Shown: positions 1 through 9,048, numbered from the stretch's first letter. The stretch is 64,000 nt of DNA from an uncultured Bacteroidales bacterium (GCA_947165255.1 CAMUZR010000016.1:875-64874); one strand, 5' to 3'. Notes: generated by a model not told the origin, from the sequence alone. A program made the numbers and translations.

Positions 1-37
1 TGGCTGTTTCAAAGTCTATTGCAGCAAAATCTTTCAT
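1..37 (-). CDS. 5' end (12 codons) of a DnaQ/epsilon-like 3'-5' exonuclease gene that continues past the window edge
   Basis: The minus-strand ATG at 37-35 reads MKDFAAIDFETA, which matches the Exo I (D-x-E) N-terminus typical of epsilon-type exonucleases. A TAnnTTTG-type box (reverse complement of 49-56) lies just upstream. Only 12 residues are visible. Confidence 0.3.
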   Translation of the reverse strand, partial: MKDFAAIDFETA

Positions 38-71
38 AATTGAGTTTGCAAAGGTACGAAAAATAATCTGC

Positions 72-404
72 TCAGGTGTTTTTTTTGATGCCGTCAGCGT
101 AAATAATCCGTGGCTGCAACTTAGAAGGCTTTTCTGTATTGGAGTGTAATAATGGTGGACTTCCTTCTCGAGTGTCCACGCCTTGCGACAAAATGTGCCC
201 GCACATCGCCTCCAAATCGGGTCTGAAAGTGCCGTATTTTGTCACGACGGCATCTTTTCCGTCGTAAATCGCACAAAAAATCATATCTTTGTGTACGTCT
301 AAACCACAGGTTTTATACGTGTAACATTTTGGTTTGTAATTACAAATATGCGAAATTCTGTGGTTTTTTGCATGACATTTTTTATCCGTCTGTGTATAAA
401 TCAA
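72..404 (-). pseudogene. IS110-family transposase N-terminal remnant
   Basis: The ORF contains KTCGLDVHKDMIFCAIYDGK...FRPDLEAM...GVDT, the conserved N-terminus of IS110-family transposases. Similarity is lost after about 60 residues. There is no convincing ATG, and the rest of the enzyme is absent. Confidence 0.6.
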
Positions 405-416
405 AAAAATTTTATG

Positions 417-424
417 TAAATTTG
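417..424 (+). promoter_or_regulatory. Bacteroidetes -7 promoter box (TAAATTTG) for the PLD-like gene
   Basis: Matches TAnnTTTG and lies 21 nt upstream of the ATG at 446. Confidence 0.5.
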
Positions 425-445
425 CAATTTGAAAGGAAAGAATAG

Positions 446-961
446 ATGGGCACTACTTATATTAAGAATGCAGAGCATTACGCCCAGGTGCTGGCGCGGG
501 TGGAACGGGTGCGGCGGAGCCTGTGGATAGGCACGGCGGACATTAAGGACCTTTATGTGGAGGCTAATGGGGCGAAGATGCCGTTTCTAGGAGTCATTGC
601 GCGGTTGCTGGAGAGGGGTGTTGAGGTGCGGCTGGTTCATGCGAAAGAGCCCGGTCCGATGTTCCGAGAGGATTTTGACCGTTATCCTATCCTGTTTTCG
701 GAGTTGGAACGGTCGCTCTGCCCGCGGGTGCATTTCAAGATAATGGTGTTCGACTGCCAAGCGGTGTACATAGGCAGTGCCAACATGACTGGTGCGGGCA
801 TAGGTATGAAAAGTGAGGGAACCCGCAATTTTGAGGCTGGCATCCTTACCGATGAGCCGCCGCTGGTGGAGGCTGCCATGGAGCAGTTTGACGAAGTGTG
901 GTGCGGCAAGATGTGCAAAAGGTGCAGGCGGCGCGACTTCTGTGGCGACACTATTGCCTGA
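446..961 (+). CDS. Single-HKD phospholipase D/Nuc-like family protein
   Basis: HFKIMVFDCQAVYIGSANMT fits the H-x-K-x4-D-x6-G-S-x-N (HKD) motif. The 171 aa protein has a Cys-rich C-terminal tail, CGKMCKRCRRRDFCGD. Confidence 0.8.
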   Translation: MGTTYIKNAEHYAQVLARVERVRRSLWIGTADIKDLYVEANGAKMPFLGVIARLLERGVEVRLVHAKEPGPMFREDFDRYPILFSELERSLCPRVHFKIMVFDCQAVYIGSANMTGAGIGMKSEGTRNFEAGILTDEPPLVEAAMEQFDEVWCGKMCKRCRRRDFCGDTIA

Positions 962-990
962 CGGAGTATTGAAATAAATGAATGAAATAT

Positions 991-1425
991 ATGAGGATTA
1001 TCATTATTAACGGGCCCAACCTGAATTTGTTGGGAGTGCGGCAACCAGAGGTTTACGGCCACCGCACCTTTGAGGACTATTTGGCCGAGTTGCGCGAGGT
1101 TTTTGCCGACACGGTTATAGACTACTACCAGAGCAATGTGGAGGGTGAGATTATCAACAAGATGCACGAGGTGGGTTTTACCTACGACGGCATAGTGCTG
1201 AACGCCGGGGGGTACAGCCATACCAGTGTGGCCATACATGATGCTATCAGCAGCATAAGCACACCCGTTGTGGAGGTGCATATTAGCAATATCTATGCCC
1301 GTGAGGAATATCGCCGACACTCCCTGCTCAGCGATGCCTGCCGAGGGGTGATATGCGGGCTGGGGCTGACGGGCTACAGGCTGGCTATTGAAGGGTTGCT
1401 TAGCGGAAGCGAACCATGTCGATGA
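991..1425 (+). CDS. aroQ: Type II 3-dehydroquinate dehydratase
   Basis: MRIIIINGPNLNLLGVRQPEVYG... and GGYSHTSVAIHDA...VEVHISNIYAREEYR are hallmark AroQ motifs. I chose the start at the second ATG. Confidence 0.93.
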   Translation: MRIIIINGPNLNLLGVRQPEVYGHRTFEDYLAELREVFADTVIDYYQSNVEGEIINKMHEVGFTYDGIVLNAGGYSHTSVAIHDAISSISTPVVEVHISNIYAREEYRRHSLLSDACRGVICGLGLTGYRLAIEGLLSGSEPCR

Positions 1426-2269
1426 GGCGGACTCCGTCGAGCCATACGGCTATGCAGCCTACGACGCCTTTGGCATCCTCCCACTGAGCGATGGGCTGGA
1501 GAGTGGTGTCGTCGACAATTTCGAAGTATTCTGGCTCGAATTTCAGGTTCTCGGCCAGGCCGTTGATTTCCTGGAAGCTGCTGAGGGTGTCGATGACAAA
1601 GTCGTGGACGGTCTCAATGTCTTCCACTTCGGACATTTCCACAGCCTGCTGGAGGGTGGCGTAGATGGTTGGAGCCACGGCGCGGGCTTCGGGGCTGAGG
1701 CGCATATTGCGGCTGCTGAGGGCTAGGCCGTCGTCGGCACGGACGATGGGGCAGGGTACCAGTTCGATGGGGTATTTGATTTGTTCCAATAGGTTGCGGA
1801 TGATGGCAATCTGCTGGTAGTCTTTCTCGCCGAAGTAGGCGCGGTTGGGCTGAGTGAGGTCGAAGAGTTTGCGCACTACCACGGCCACACCGGAGAAATG
1901 CCCTGGACGGCGGGGACCTTCCATGACTTGCTCGATGGGACCGAAATGGTATACAGTGTTGACGGGTTCGGGGTACATCTCTTCGACCGATGGGACGAAG
2001 GCGATGTCGGCACCCGCAGCGGCCAGTTTCTCGCAGTCGGCTTCGACGGTACGGGGGTACTTGGCGAGGTCCTCTTGGTTGTTGAACTGGATGGGGTTGA
2101 CGAAAACGCTGACGACCACCAGGTCGTTTTGTTGGCGCGCTTTGTGTATGAGGGAGAGGTGCCCTTCGTGGAGGGCTCCCATGGTGGGCACCAGGCCGAT
2201 GGTCTTGCCCGATTTCTTGGCTTCTTCAATGGCTGCGGTGAGGGCAGCAACGGTTGTGAGAGTCTGCAT
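1400..2269 (-). CDS. panC: Pantoate--beta-alanine ligase
   Basis: Contains GLVPTMGALHEGHLSLI and FVNPIQFN motifs. The length (289 aa) is typical for PanC. Confidence 0.93.
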   Translation of the reverse strand: MQTLTTVAALTAAIEEAKKSGKTIGLVPTMGALHEGHLSLIHKARQQNDLVVVSVFVNPIQFNNQEDLAKYPRTVEADCEKLAAAGADIAFVPSVEEMYPEPVNTVYHFGPIEQVMEGPRRPGHFSGVAVVVRKLFDLTQPNRAYFGEKDYQQIAIIRNLLEQIKYPIELVPCPIVRADDGLALSSRNMRLSPEARAVAPTIYATLQQAVEMSEVEDIETVHDFVIDTLSSFQEINGLAENLKFEPEYFEIVDDTTLQPIAQWEDAKGVVGCIAVWLDGVRLIDMVRFR

Positions 2270-2278
2270 TGTATGTGA

Positions 2279-2803
2279 TTAGATATTATTGTTTTCGTTG
2301 GGATTGTCCTCCTGATGGAGGGTGGACTCAAGCTCTTCGTAGGAGGTAAAGCCGTCGGCATCGGTGTCGACGTGCTCATCGGGTTTGGCTTGGTCGGAGG
2401 GCTGGTATTTGGGTCGGCGCATGAGCCGATTGGGTATTTCGAGTAGGTAGTTGAAAGCGGTGAGGAGGAGGCTGAAAAGGAGGGCGCTCCAGAAGTTGTC
2501 CACATGGAAGCTGTCGACCAAAGAGGCCGCCATGAGAATGATGAGGGCATTGATGATGAGTAGGAAGAGACCCATGCTGAAGACGGTGAAGGGGAGTGTG
2601 ATGACGATGAGTATGGGACGGATGAAGCTGTTGAGCAGGGCAATAACTGCAGCGGTGAGGATGGCGGCGGTGACCGAGTCGATATGGACACCGGGTAGGA
2701 TAAACGCCGCCAGAATGGCTGCCAGGGTCATTACTACCAGTTGGGCGAGAAAGCCCAGGGGTCCAGAGTAGAAGCGGTTGCTATTATTGATTTCGATTTT
2801 CAT
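2279..2803 (-). CDS. DUF360/phage-holin-4_2 family inner membrane protein (YvlD-like)
   Basis: Four predicted TM helices, a GFLAQLVVMTLAAILAAFILPGVHI N-terminus and an acidic C-terminal tail. Confidence 0.65.
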   Translation of the reverse strand: MKIEINNSNRFYSGPLGFLAQLVVMTLAAILAAFILPGVHIDSVTAAILTAAVIALLNSFIRPILIVITLPFTVFSMGLFLLIINALIILMAASLVDSFHVDNFWSALLFSLLLTAFNYLLEIPNRLMRRPKYQPSDQAKPDEHVDTDADGFTSYEELESTLHQEDNPNENNNI

Positions 2804-2809
2804 GTTTTT

Positions 2810-3430
2810 TTAGAGTTCGATAGGACCTTTGCCGTAGCGTATCACGGTTATTTCGCCCCCCGAGCAGTCTACCACGGTGGAAGGCTCGTCCTGTCCCATG
2901 CCCCCGTCGATTACCAGGTCGACACGGTTGCCGAAGGTTTCGTGGATGAGTTCGGGGTCGGTGAGGTATTCCGTTTCCTGTTCTTTGTCGATGCGGCGAA
3001 CGGAAGTGCCGATGAGGGGGCATCCGAGGGTTTCCACGACGGATTGTAGGATGCTGTTGTTGGGTACACGGACTCCGATGGTTTTGTTGGGGTTCATGAA
3101 GTTACGCGGCACGTTGCCGTTGGCGTCCATGATAAAGGTGTAGGGGCCGGGGAGGCATTCCTTGAGCAAGGCGAAGGTGTCCTTGTCCATGGGACGCACA
3201 TATTCGGAGGCCATGCTCAGCGAGGAGCAGAGCATGGAGTAGTGTGCTTTCTTGAGAGTGAAGCCTTTGAGCTGCGCGATGGTTTCGACGGAACGTTTGA
3301 ACTCCATGCTGCAGGCAAAAGCGTAGAGGGTGTCGGTAGGGATAATGATGATTCCCCCCTGCTGGAGCAGGTCGACCACGCGGCGGATGTCGCGGGTGTT
3401 TGGGTTTTCTGTATAAATTTTTGTTATCAT
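2810..3430 (-). CDS. tsaC: L-threonylcarbamoyladenylate synthase (YrdC/TsaC family)
   Basis: Contains IIIIPTDTLYAFAC, GPYTFI and STVVD motifs of the YrdC/Sua5 domain. The start is set at the ATG (MITKIY), because the longer ORF begins at a TTG. Confidence 0.8.
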   Translation of the reverse strand: MITKIYTENPNTRDIRRVVDLLQQGGIIIIPTDTLYAFACSMEFKRSVETIAQLKGFTLKKAHYSMLCSSLSMASEYVRPMDKDTFALLKECLPGPYTFIMDANGNVPRNFMNPNKTIGVRVPNNSILQSVVETLGCPLIGTSVRRIDKEQETEYLTDPELIHETFGNRVDLVIDGGMGQDEPSTVVDCSGGEITVIRYGKGPIEL

Positions 3431-3504
3431 TACGGCCTGCAAAAGTACAAACTTTTTATGATATACGATACTTTTTTTTATAAATTGTCGTTTATTAGTA
3501 CTAT

Positions 3505-4809
3505 ATGAAAAGAAAAGTAGTCATTTCTTTATTGCTCTGCGGCATGTTGATGGCAAGCAGTGCCGAGGCTCAGAAAATCAAGTTCGGACGATATTTCGAG
3601 GATGCCACCCTTCGCATAAAATATCAGCGTGTTGGCTCGAAAAAAAGCGACACAATCCGTATGGTTCAACAGGACAGAATTGGTCAGTGGTCGGGCTCGT
3701 TGACACAGTTGATAGACCCTTTTAACAATGGTTTCTTCCGCATAGTGGTCCAGGATGCGCAGACGGGTCGTCGTCTCTACAGCCGTGGCTACAACAGTCT
3801 CTTTGCGGAGTATCGCGACACCCCCACAGGAGCCGACAGCGTGGCGGCATTTGAAGAGGTGGTGCGGGTGCCATGGCCTAAGGTGCCGGTCAATATCAGC
3901 TGGGAGGAATTGGGTTCCGACCACCGATATCACACCCAGTACACTCTCTATTGCGACCCTTTGCAGCTGATGGAACAGCTACTCAAAAGGAGCGCCATAA
4001 GCGTCTCTTTGGATCCTATTAGGTTGCATTACAAGGGCGACGTGCACAGGAAGATAGACGTGGTTATCGTGCCCGAGGGCTATGGTCCAGCCGATACGGC
4101 CAAGATGAGGACCGATATGGAGCGGTTCTGCACCTATCTGTTGCAACAGGAGCCTTTTGCCTCGCGCCGCAACGACTTTAATGTTTGGGGCGTGGCACTT
4201 ACGGGTGAAGAATCAGGCATTACTAACCCTGGTAAGGGGTTGTATGTGAAGAGTCTGGTTGGTGCCAGTTTCAATACCTTCGGAGCCGACCGGTATATGA
4301 TGACGATGAAGCTCTTCCAGTTGCATGATGCCATCGGTTCCACCCCCTGCGACCACATCATCATCATGGCCAATAGCGACACCTACGGCGGCGGTGGTAT
4401 ATATAATTTCTACGCTATGAGTTCGCTGAATAAGATGGCATATATGGTGTTGCCGCACGAGCTTGGTCATAGTATAGGAGGCCTGGCCGATGAATATGTG
4501 GATGAGGACCTCAGTTATGGTGAGACCCACAGCAAGTCTTTTGAACCGATGGAGCCCAACATTACCTCGCTGGTAGAGTTTGGCATGAAATGGGAGTCGA
4601 TGCTGCCCCCTGGCACACCGGTGCCCACTCCGGAGAACGCGTCGGTGCCGCGGACAGAGAATGGCCCATTGGGCGTATATGAGGGGGCTGGATACCAGTC
4701 CAAAGGCCTGTTTCGTCCAGCCCAGCACTGCATGATGCGCGACTATGCTCCGTTTTGTCCCGTTTGTGCCAAGCGGCTTAATGCTGTCTTCGACCTCTAC
4801 ACAAAATGA
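3505..4809 (+). CDS. Secreted M64-family (IgA peptidase-like) zinc metallopeptidase
   Basis: Signal peptide, HELGHSIGGLADEY zinc motif and GADRYMMT region. The size and layout match the peptidase M64 family. Confidence 0.72.
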   Translation: MKRKVVISLLLCGMLMASSAEAQKIKFGRYFEDATLRIKYQRVGSKKSDTIRMVQQDRIGQWSGSLTQLIDPFNNGFFRIVVQDAQTGRRLYSRGYNSLFAEYRDTPTGADSVAAFEEVVRVPWPKVPVNISWEELGSDHRYHTQYTLYCDPLQLMEQLLKRSAISVSLDPIRLHYKGDVHRKIDVVIVPEGYGPADTAKMRTDMERFCTYLLQQEPFASRRNDFNVWGVALTGEESGITNPGKGLYVKSLVGASFNTFGADRYMMTMKLFQLHDAIGSTPCDHIIIMANSDTYGGGGIYNFYAMSSLNKMAYMVLPHELGHSIGGLADEYVDEDLSYGETHSKSFEPMEPNITSLVEFGMKWESMLPPGTPVPTPENASVPRTENGPLGVYEGAGYQSKGLFRPAQHCMMRDYAPFCPVCAKRLNAVFDLYTK

Positions 4810-4976
4810 TTTCTACGCACCGTAACTATTTCCTGCCGCCTCGTCGCCATACCTACTTTTGCCCTTGGCGCACAGCGCCCCATACTTCGGCATCACCCAG
4901 TAGCGCCTAGGCGTCATACGTCGCCAAGTAGAATTATAGACTGCACAGTCATTTCTCATCGACACACCGAAACGAC

Positions 4977-5006
4977 AAAAGCCGAGTCCTCCTAGACTCG
5001 GCTTTT
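4977..5006. terminator. Bidirectional intrinsic terminator between convergent genes
   Basis: AAAA-GCCGAGTC-ctccta-GACTCGGC-TTTT: a perfect 8 bp stem flanked by an A-run and a T-run. Confidence 0.75.
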
Positions 5007-5021
5007 GCATTTAGGGTGTTA

Positions 5022-5633
5022 CTATCCTCGTTTTTGCAGTTGTTTTTTCATAAGCCGCGGCAGGTCTCTGTAGCGTATACCGACCATCATGGTAAGACTT
5101 TTCTGCATAATGACAAAGGCAGCGAAGAATATTACGACTCCCAAGACGTAGTCATACCAATTGGCAAGGTGGTTGGATGCGAGATATGCCAAAAGGGCAA
5201 TGCCTAAAGCGGCCTCTATCCATGCTGTTGCCATGCCGGGAGTGTATTTCCGTTTCAATCGGAAAAGTCTAATGCCCATTGTGTGGACCAATCCTTCAAA
5301 GATTCCGAATGTGGCAATCGACACGGCAAGCATCGGGGTTTTGTCGAAGATGAAAGGCGCAAGCGTGATTGAAGCCAACAAAATACCCGTTGGTATGCGG
5401 CTTGCGCGACGCAGGTCGTCAGTCAGCTCTTTCTCAAGAAGACTTGCAATCAAGTCGACGAAACCACCTGGATATGCGCCCTCCTCCCACTCATGTAGAA
5501 TAAAGAGGAAATTGAATACCACGACATACCGTTGCACGACAGACAGCCCATCCATCATTGCGGCGTAGACCAAAAAGAACATGGCCAGCACTGTATAAAT
5601 CTCCAGTGCATAATACTTAACGAATTTAGTCAT
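5022..5633 (-). CDS. HXXEE domain-containing membrane protein
   Basis: Contains the HEWEEGAYPGGF motif and multiple TM segments. The start is set at MTKFVKYY (internal ATG at 5633). Confidence 0.7.
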   Translation of the reverse strand: MTKFVKYYALEIYTVLAMFFLVYAAMMDGLSVVQRYVVVFNFLFILHEWEEGAYPGGFVDLIASLLEKELTDDLRRASRIPTGILLASITLAPFIFDKTPMLAVSIATFGIFEGLVHTMGIRLFRLKRKYTPGMATAWIEAALGIALLAYLASNHLANWYDYVLGVVIFFAAFVIMQKSLTMMVGIRYRDLPRLMKKQLQKRG

Positions 5634-5868
5634 AATTGTATTGTATATCGTTTTCACCGAAAAGTCCGCGGTTGCAAGCTGCGGGGAAACCGCCCGGAAA
5701 CACATACTCTTCAAACTGGTGGAAAAGCAGTGCCATAAAAAGCAGCATCATCAGCCGCTCAGTTGGTGCAACAGTATCGGGCATCAGGCCAACAAAGAAT
5801 GCCAAAAACACGAAAAGCACACCACCGATGACCGCCCAGTACCTGCAATAGAATCTGAATATTTTCAT
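5626..5868 (-). CDS. Truncated HXXEE-domain paralog (80 aa, N-terminal half only)
   Basis: Contains HQFEEYVFPGGF and is homologous to the N-terminus of the downstream gene. Its stop overlaps the downstream ATG by 8 nt. A TAATTTTG box lies upstream (reverse complement of 5907-5914). Confidence 0.5.
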   Translation of the reverse strand: MKIFRFYCRYWAVIGGVLFVFLAFFVGLMPDTVAPTERLMMLLFMALLFHQFEEYVFPGGFPAACNRGLFGENDIQYNYD

Positions 5869-6028
5869 AATCTCGTTATTGTAAAAAATGATTTGTTTTT
5901 CGGTTGCAAAATTACTGTCATTCCGAAGATTAAAATAATACTATTCAAGACAAAAATGTCCATATCCTCAACTCTCTATGCAATAAACAAAGAAACAATA
6001 CGTTATAATAAATAAAAAGCATACCAAA

Positions 6029-6859
6029 ATGCCTATACGACCGCTTGCCATACAAAATATTGCCAATGAACTTTCTCATCACGGCTTCCATAAGGTTGGA
6101 GAATACGGATTTAACTTCAAGTTACCGCTGCCGTCCGACATTCCTTTTCTCCTCACTGGCCAGCCTTACCGCCTTGCCGAAGGTAGGCTGCTTGTGGTTC
6201 ATCGCGGGGCGATTGATATGGAGATGGACTTGGTGGAACACCACCTGGAGGCGGGCGAAATCGCTATGGCAATGCCCGACTCACTGGCGATGGTGAACAG
6301 GATAGGTGACGACTGTGTTATCAGTATTGTGACGTTCAGTCGATTCCCCAACGCCAATGGATGTCAGGAATGCTTCGTGGTGCGGTGCGACGAGGAGGCC
6401 TGGTTGCGAATCGAGCAATTCATTAATATGATAACCATGCAGATGAAACGCAAGGGCGAATATGGGGAAATACTGTCCCGACTGTTTGATGCGTTGATTC
6501 TCGACGTACAAAGCCTCTGTTCCGAAATACCTTCAGCACAAAACGACGCATTCATGCATCGATTTCTTCAACTTCTTTCAAAAGAAGGCAGGGTAAAACA
6601 TCCAATTGAGTTCTACGCCGACCGACTATGCATCACGCCAGGTTATTTAAGCACCTTGGTGAAGCGACATAGCGCAATGACTACCTTACAATGGATTGAC
6701 CGTGCTTTGGTGCGCGAAGCCAAGGTGCTCCTGCACCATACTCAGATGCCCATTGCCGAAATAGCGGATGCCCTTGGCTTCGCAACCCCATCCTTCTTTG
6801 TCCGTTTTTTCCGCCAGCAGACAGGCTCAACACCGTTGCAGTTTCGCAAAAAACAATAA
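6029..6859 (+). CDS. AraC-family transcriptional regulator
   Basis: The C-terminal double HTH (ADRLCITPGYLSTLVKR...IAEIADALGFATPSFFVRFFRQQTGSTPLQFR) is typical AraC/XylS. Confidence 0.88.
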   Translation: MPIRPLAIQNIANELSHHGFHKVGEYGFNFKLPLPSDIPFLLTGQPYRLAEGRLLVVHRGAIDMEMDLVEHHLEAGEIAMAMPDSLAMVNRIGDDCVISIVTFSRFPNANGCQECFVVRCDEEAWLRIEQFINMITMQMKRKGEYGEILSRLFDALILDVQSLCSEIPSAQNDAFMHRFLQLLSKEGRVKHPIEFYADRLCITPGYLSTLVKRHSAMTTLQWIDRALVREAKVLLHHTQMPIAEIADALGFATPSFFVRFFRQQTGSTPLQFRKKQ

Positions 6860-6885
6860 GGATACGGGGCCATTCACGTATATAT

Positions 6886-7150
6886 GGGCAGCAACTTGGT
6901 CAGCCGCGTTGGCTGCGTCGATGCTTCGCCCGTTCGTCTATTGATCTTCTTTAGTTCGTCTATAGATGGCCTATCCAGGATAGAGGAACGATGGGGTAGG
7001 GCAGGTGTTTCCAAAGGGCAAAACGAGAAGGAAGAGCTTGGTGACTGGGGCGGGCATGCAGCACAGCGGTGTGGGTAGCGACATGTGACCCGTGAAAAGC
7101 TATCTGCTTGGCAGAAAGAGTGATGCAAAGTATGGTGGAGCATCCGTGGC
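6886..7150 (+). repeat. Copy 1 of a ~270-300 bp non-coding intergenic repeat family
   Basis: Aligns by eye with the reverse complement of 40465-40770. The core is gttcgtctatagatggNctatccNggatagaggaac...tttccaaagggcNaaacgagaa. Substitutions are spread over all codon positions. Confidence 0.75.
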
Positions 7151-7534
7151 CGGCATAAAAGCCGCCATTATTCTTCCTATTGTTTGGACTACTCTGATGG
7201 CTTTAGCTTCAATTTTGGTGATAGTGTAAACAATAGTTACTCCACTGATGAATAGGTTGTTATGTAGGTGGTTGACGCTGTGTTCCTGTCCACTGCAGGC
7301 AACAGTACTTCTGATATTGCCAATGACAACAGCGGAAACGTTGGGTTCTACTGGTCTACTGCAGATTGCAACGTCGCATGGGCTTGCGGTACTATGTTTG
7401 GTGGTGTGGCTGGCGGTGCTGCTTACTCTTCAATGCTCAATTCAAGGGCAACCTTCATAAAGTCCGTTCTGTCCGTTCGGTTTTCGCAGCAGACGATGAG
7501 TAAGATTCTACTGCACAGCAGTATGGCTGCTTGA
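7142..7534 (+). pseudogene. Decayed C-terminal fragment of a FISUMP (Fibrobacter succinogenes major paralogous domain) protein
   Basis: One frame reads ...GFSFNFGDSVNNSYSTDE*VVM*VVDAVFLSTAGNSTSDIANDNSGNVGFYWST...SVRF. This is homologous to the LFLPAAG...GYYWSSS...GFTVRAV C-terminus of 21649..22332. It has two in-frame stops and no N-terminal part. Confidence 0.45.
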
Positions 7535-7543
7535 GAATAATGC

Positions 7544-7582
7544 AACGGCATCCGGAATAATATCCGGTGCCGTTGTTTTTTT
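7544..7582 (+). terminator. Intrinsic terminator
   Basis: AACGGCATCCGG-aataatat-CCGGTGCCGTT followed by a T-rich run (GTTTTTTTG). Confidence 0.75.
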
Positions 7583-7593
7583 GTGCTTGGCAC

Positions 7594-7633
7594 AAAAAAA
7601 GCAGTCCCCGCCAGCGAGGGCTGACGGGGACTG
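7594..7633 (-). terminator. Intrinsic terminator of pepP
   Basis: On the minus strand, CAGTCCCCG-loop-CGGGGACTG is followed by a T-rich run (GCTTTTTTT), 27 nt past the pepP stop. Confidence 0.75.
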
Positions 7634-7659
7634 GCGTTGTATAGGCAGTAGGGCAGCTA

Positions 7660-9048
7660 TTAGCTGGCCATGGTTTCTTCGATTTCCTTAACGGTCTTGG
7701 GGATGGGTTTGCCGAGGACACGGCAGCCGTCGTCGGTGATGAGGACATCGTCTTCGATACGGATGCCGCCGAAGTCTTTCCACTTCTCCAACTCGTCGAA
7801 ATTGATGAAGTCCTTGTTGGTGCCTTCGGCATGCCACTTGTCGATGAGTGCGGGGATGAAGTAGCAGCCGGGTTCGTCGGTGACGACAAAGCCTTTTTGC
7901 AGCTTGCGGCCGCAGCGGAGGCTGGCCAGGCCAAACTGGTTGCTGGGGCGGGTTTCGTCGTCGTAGCCTACGTAAATTTGGCCATAGTTTTCCATGTCGT
8001 GTACGTCGAGGCCCATCATGTGGCCGAGGCCGTGGGGCATGAGCAGGCTGTGGGCGCCGTTGGCCACGATGTCGTCGACATTGCCGCGGAGGATGCCGAG
8101 GTCTTTGTAGCCCTGTGCCAGCACTTTGCTGATGGCGGTGTGCACCTCCTTGTAGGTGATGCCTGGACGGGAGAGGCGGAGGGTTTCCAACTGCGAGGCT
8201 AGGACAATTTCGTAGATGGCGCGCTGGCGGTCGTTGAACTTGCCGCCTACGGGCACGGTGCGGGTGATGTCGGAACAGTAGTTCATGGCGGTCTCGCAGC
8301 CGGCGTCCATCACCAGCATGCGGCCTACTTCGAGTTTGTGGTTGTGGCCGTGGTTATGGAGGGTTTCGCCGTGGACGGTCATGATGATGGGGAAGCTGAC
8401 AGGGCCGTTGCCTTTCCAGGCCTCGCCTTCCATGATGCCGGCCAGCTCGTACTCGTAGCGGCCGGGCATGGCCATTTTCATGGCGCAGGTGTGCATGTTG
8501 TAGGCTGTGGCAATGGCCTTTTCGATTTCGGCTATTTCCTCGTCGCTCTTGATGCTGCGCTGCTTGATGCAGGCCATGATGAGGTCCATGCTGGCATAGC
8601 GGCTGACGGCGTCGAACTTGATGCCGAGGAGCTGGCTCATCTGGCGGGTGTTGTCGGCGCGATAGGGGGGGAGGTAGTGAATCTTGCGGGCCTCGCCGAT
8701 GGTTTTGGTGCAGAGGGTCTGGAGGGCGCAGAGGTCACCGCTGTTGGCCACGCCCACGCTGTTGGCCAGTTCCTTCACGCTGGGCAGGGGACCGCTCCAG
8801 ATGACGTCGTCGATGTCGTAGTCGTTGGCGAAAAGATAGTCCGTGCCGCTGTCGCAGTCGAGGACGCCCACTAGGTCTTCGCGCTGCAGGCCGAAGAAAT
8901 AGAGGAAGGTACTGTCCTGGCGGAACCAATAGGTATTGTCGGGGTAGTTGCAGGAGGCTTCGTGGTTGCCTTGGATGATGATGAGTCCGTGGCCTACGTC
9001 TTTGCGCAGTTGCTCACGTCTTGCGATATAAGTCTCTTTTTTGAACAT
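7660..9048 (-). CDS. pepP: Xaa-Pro aminopeptidase (M24B)
   Basis: Contains the creatinase/prolidase N-domain plus DAGCE...DITRT, HGLGHMMGLDVHD and GIRIEDD metal-ligand motifs. The start is set at MFKKETYI (ATG 9048). Confidence 0.88.
   Translation of the reverse strand: MFKKETYIARREQLRKDVGHGLIIIQGNHEASCNYPDNTYWFRQDSTFLYFFGLQREDLVGVLDCDSGTDYLFANDYDIDDVIWSGPLPSVKELANSVGVANSGDLCALQTLCTKTIGEARKIHYLPPYRADNTRQMSQLLGIKFDAVSRYASMDLIMACIKQRSIKSDEEIAEIEKAIATAYNMHTCAMKMAMPGRYEYELAGIMEGEAWKGNGPVSFPIIMTVHGETLHNHGHNHKLEVGRMLVMDAGCETAMNYCSDITRTVPVGGKFNDRQRAIYEIVLASQLETLRLSRPGITYKEVHTAISKVLAQGYKDLGILRGNVDDIVANGAHSLLMPHGLGHMMGLDVHDMENYGQIYVGYDDETRPSNQFGLASLRCGRKLQKGFVVTDEPGCYFIPALIDKWHAEGTNKDFINFDELEKWKDFGGIRIEDDVLITDDGCRVLGKPIPKTVKEIEETMAS

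Noticed and set aside
1876-2691. 271 aa Ser/Pro-rich ORF overlapping panC and the DUF360 gene
   Set aside because: It is an alternate frame of two well-supported genes, with a low-complexity composition and no start context.
2279-2803. The 'phage holin' family name as evidence of a prophage
   Set aside because: The DUF360/holin_4_2 family is a widespread chromosomal membrane protein. The neighbours are panC and tsaC, and no phage structural, integrase or lysis genes are nearby.
6884-7078. ORF encoding ...SSSIDGLSRIEERWGRAGVSKGQNEK..., repeated in 40359..40757, as a possible conserved small protein
   Set aside because: The substitutions between the two copies are mostly non-synonymous and spread over all codon positions. 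The ORFs differ in length and ends, and similarity extends beyond the ORF borders. I treated it as a non-coding repeat instead.
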